Shown one piece after another: positions 63,429 through 64,000 of a stretch of DNA of 64,000 nucleotides. Source of the stretch: Balanoglossus misakiensis (Eukaryota; Animalia; Hemichordata); the NCBI GenBank assembly GCA_040954595.2, contig CM082593.2, positions 10,801,477-10,865,476 of the forward strand. Reading direction: 5' to 3'. Numbering within the stretch: position 1 is the stretch's first letter; the number at the start of each line of letters is the position of its first letter. Both the position numbers and the translations under genes were made by a program. The notes beneath the pieces were generated by a model. It worked only from the letters and a program-made list of their open reading frames with translations. It was not told the origin of the DNA and did no database searches.

Positions 63429-64000
63429 GTAGTGGATTCAGATGCAATTAATCGTGTGAGTTGTTTTACAGCATGACAAAAATTAGTAATTATATTTTTA
63501 AAAATACATTTTATTTTTGTCATTTCTGGTCAATTCTCAGTAGTCACTTTTCCGATTTCTTAAAATTTGGTTTACAAGGACCTACAATATTTGTTATTAT
63601 GGTGTACATAAACATGTGACAAATATCAATACTGGGGAGGAGGGGGGTGGGTAGTTTTAGACATTTTTGGTCCAAAAGTCCACTTATGTCAGAAACGGCT
63701 CTTCCAGTTGTTTTGGATTTTGGTTTATTGGGATGTGAAAATATTCTTTATCAGATGTATTCTTATATTACCTCATCAATGCTAAAGGTGTCCTTATATT
63801 GTCCCTTTAAATCACTTAAAATCATTCCCAAAGAATTTCAACCCAGTAAGAATTGTAAGGATCACAGATCTATCTTCTTTTGCCATTCTTTCTGGAAGTT
63901 TATAATATAAGCTAATCTGATACTGGGTCATTATGGAACTTTTTAACAGAAAAAATAACAAAATGTGAAAAAAGTTAAATGAGTTTAATTTGATAACTAC

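Overview
Eukaryotic (non-vertebrate metazoan-like) genomic DNA with spliceosomal introns. No prokaryotic genes, CRISPR array or RNA genes were seen. About 62% of the window (5845-45552) is one AT-rich satellite array with a 78-bp monomer, local higher-order repeats and a left-to-right gradient of variants. The many repetitive 'ORFs' there are artefacts. The array lies between two direct copies of a TE-rich segment (1-5846 and 48810-54712, about 2% diverged by hand count). The left copy runs straight into the satellite and the right copy does not. The right copy contains a nested stack: a Helentron/HINE-like element, split by a 5'-truncated RTE-X-like LINE, which is in turn split by a TTAA-flanked Kolobok-like MITE. 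The last 6 kb hold five exons of a C-type lectin-CUB-CUB gene resembling uninflatable (uif). It looks dead: one nonsense codon, one splice donor overwritten by an inverted copy of upstream intron, and an apparently missing LDLa exon. All family assignments come from motif recognition and not from database searches.
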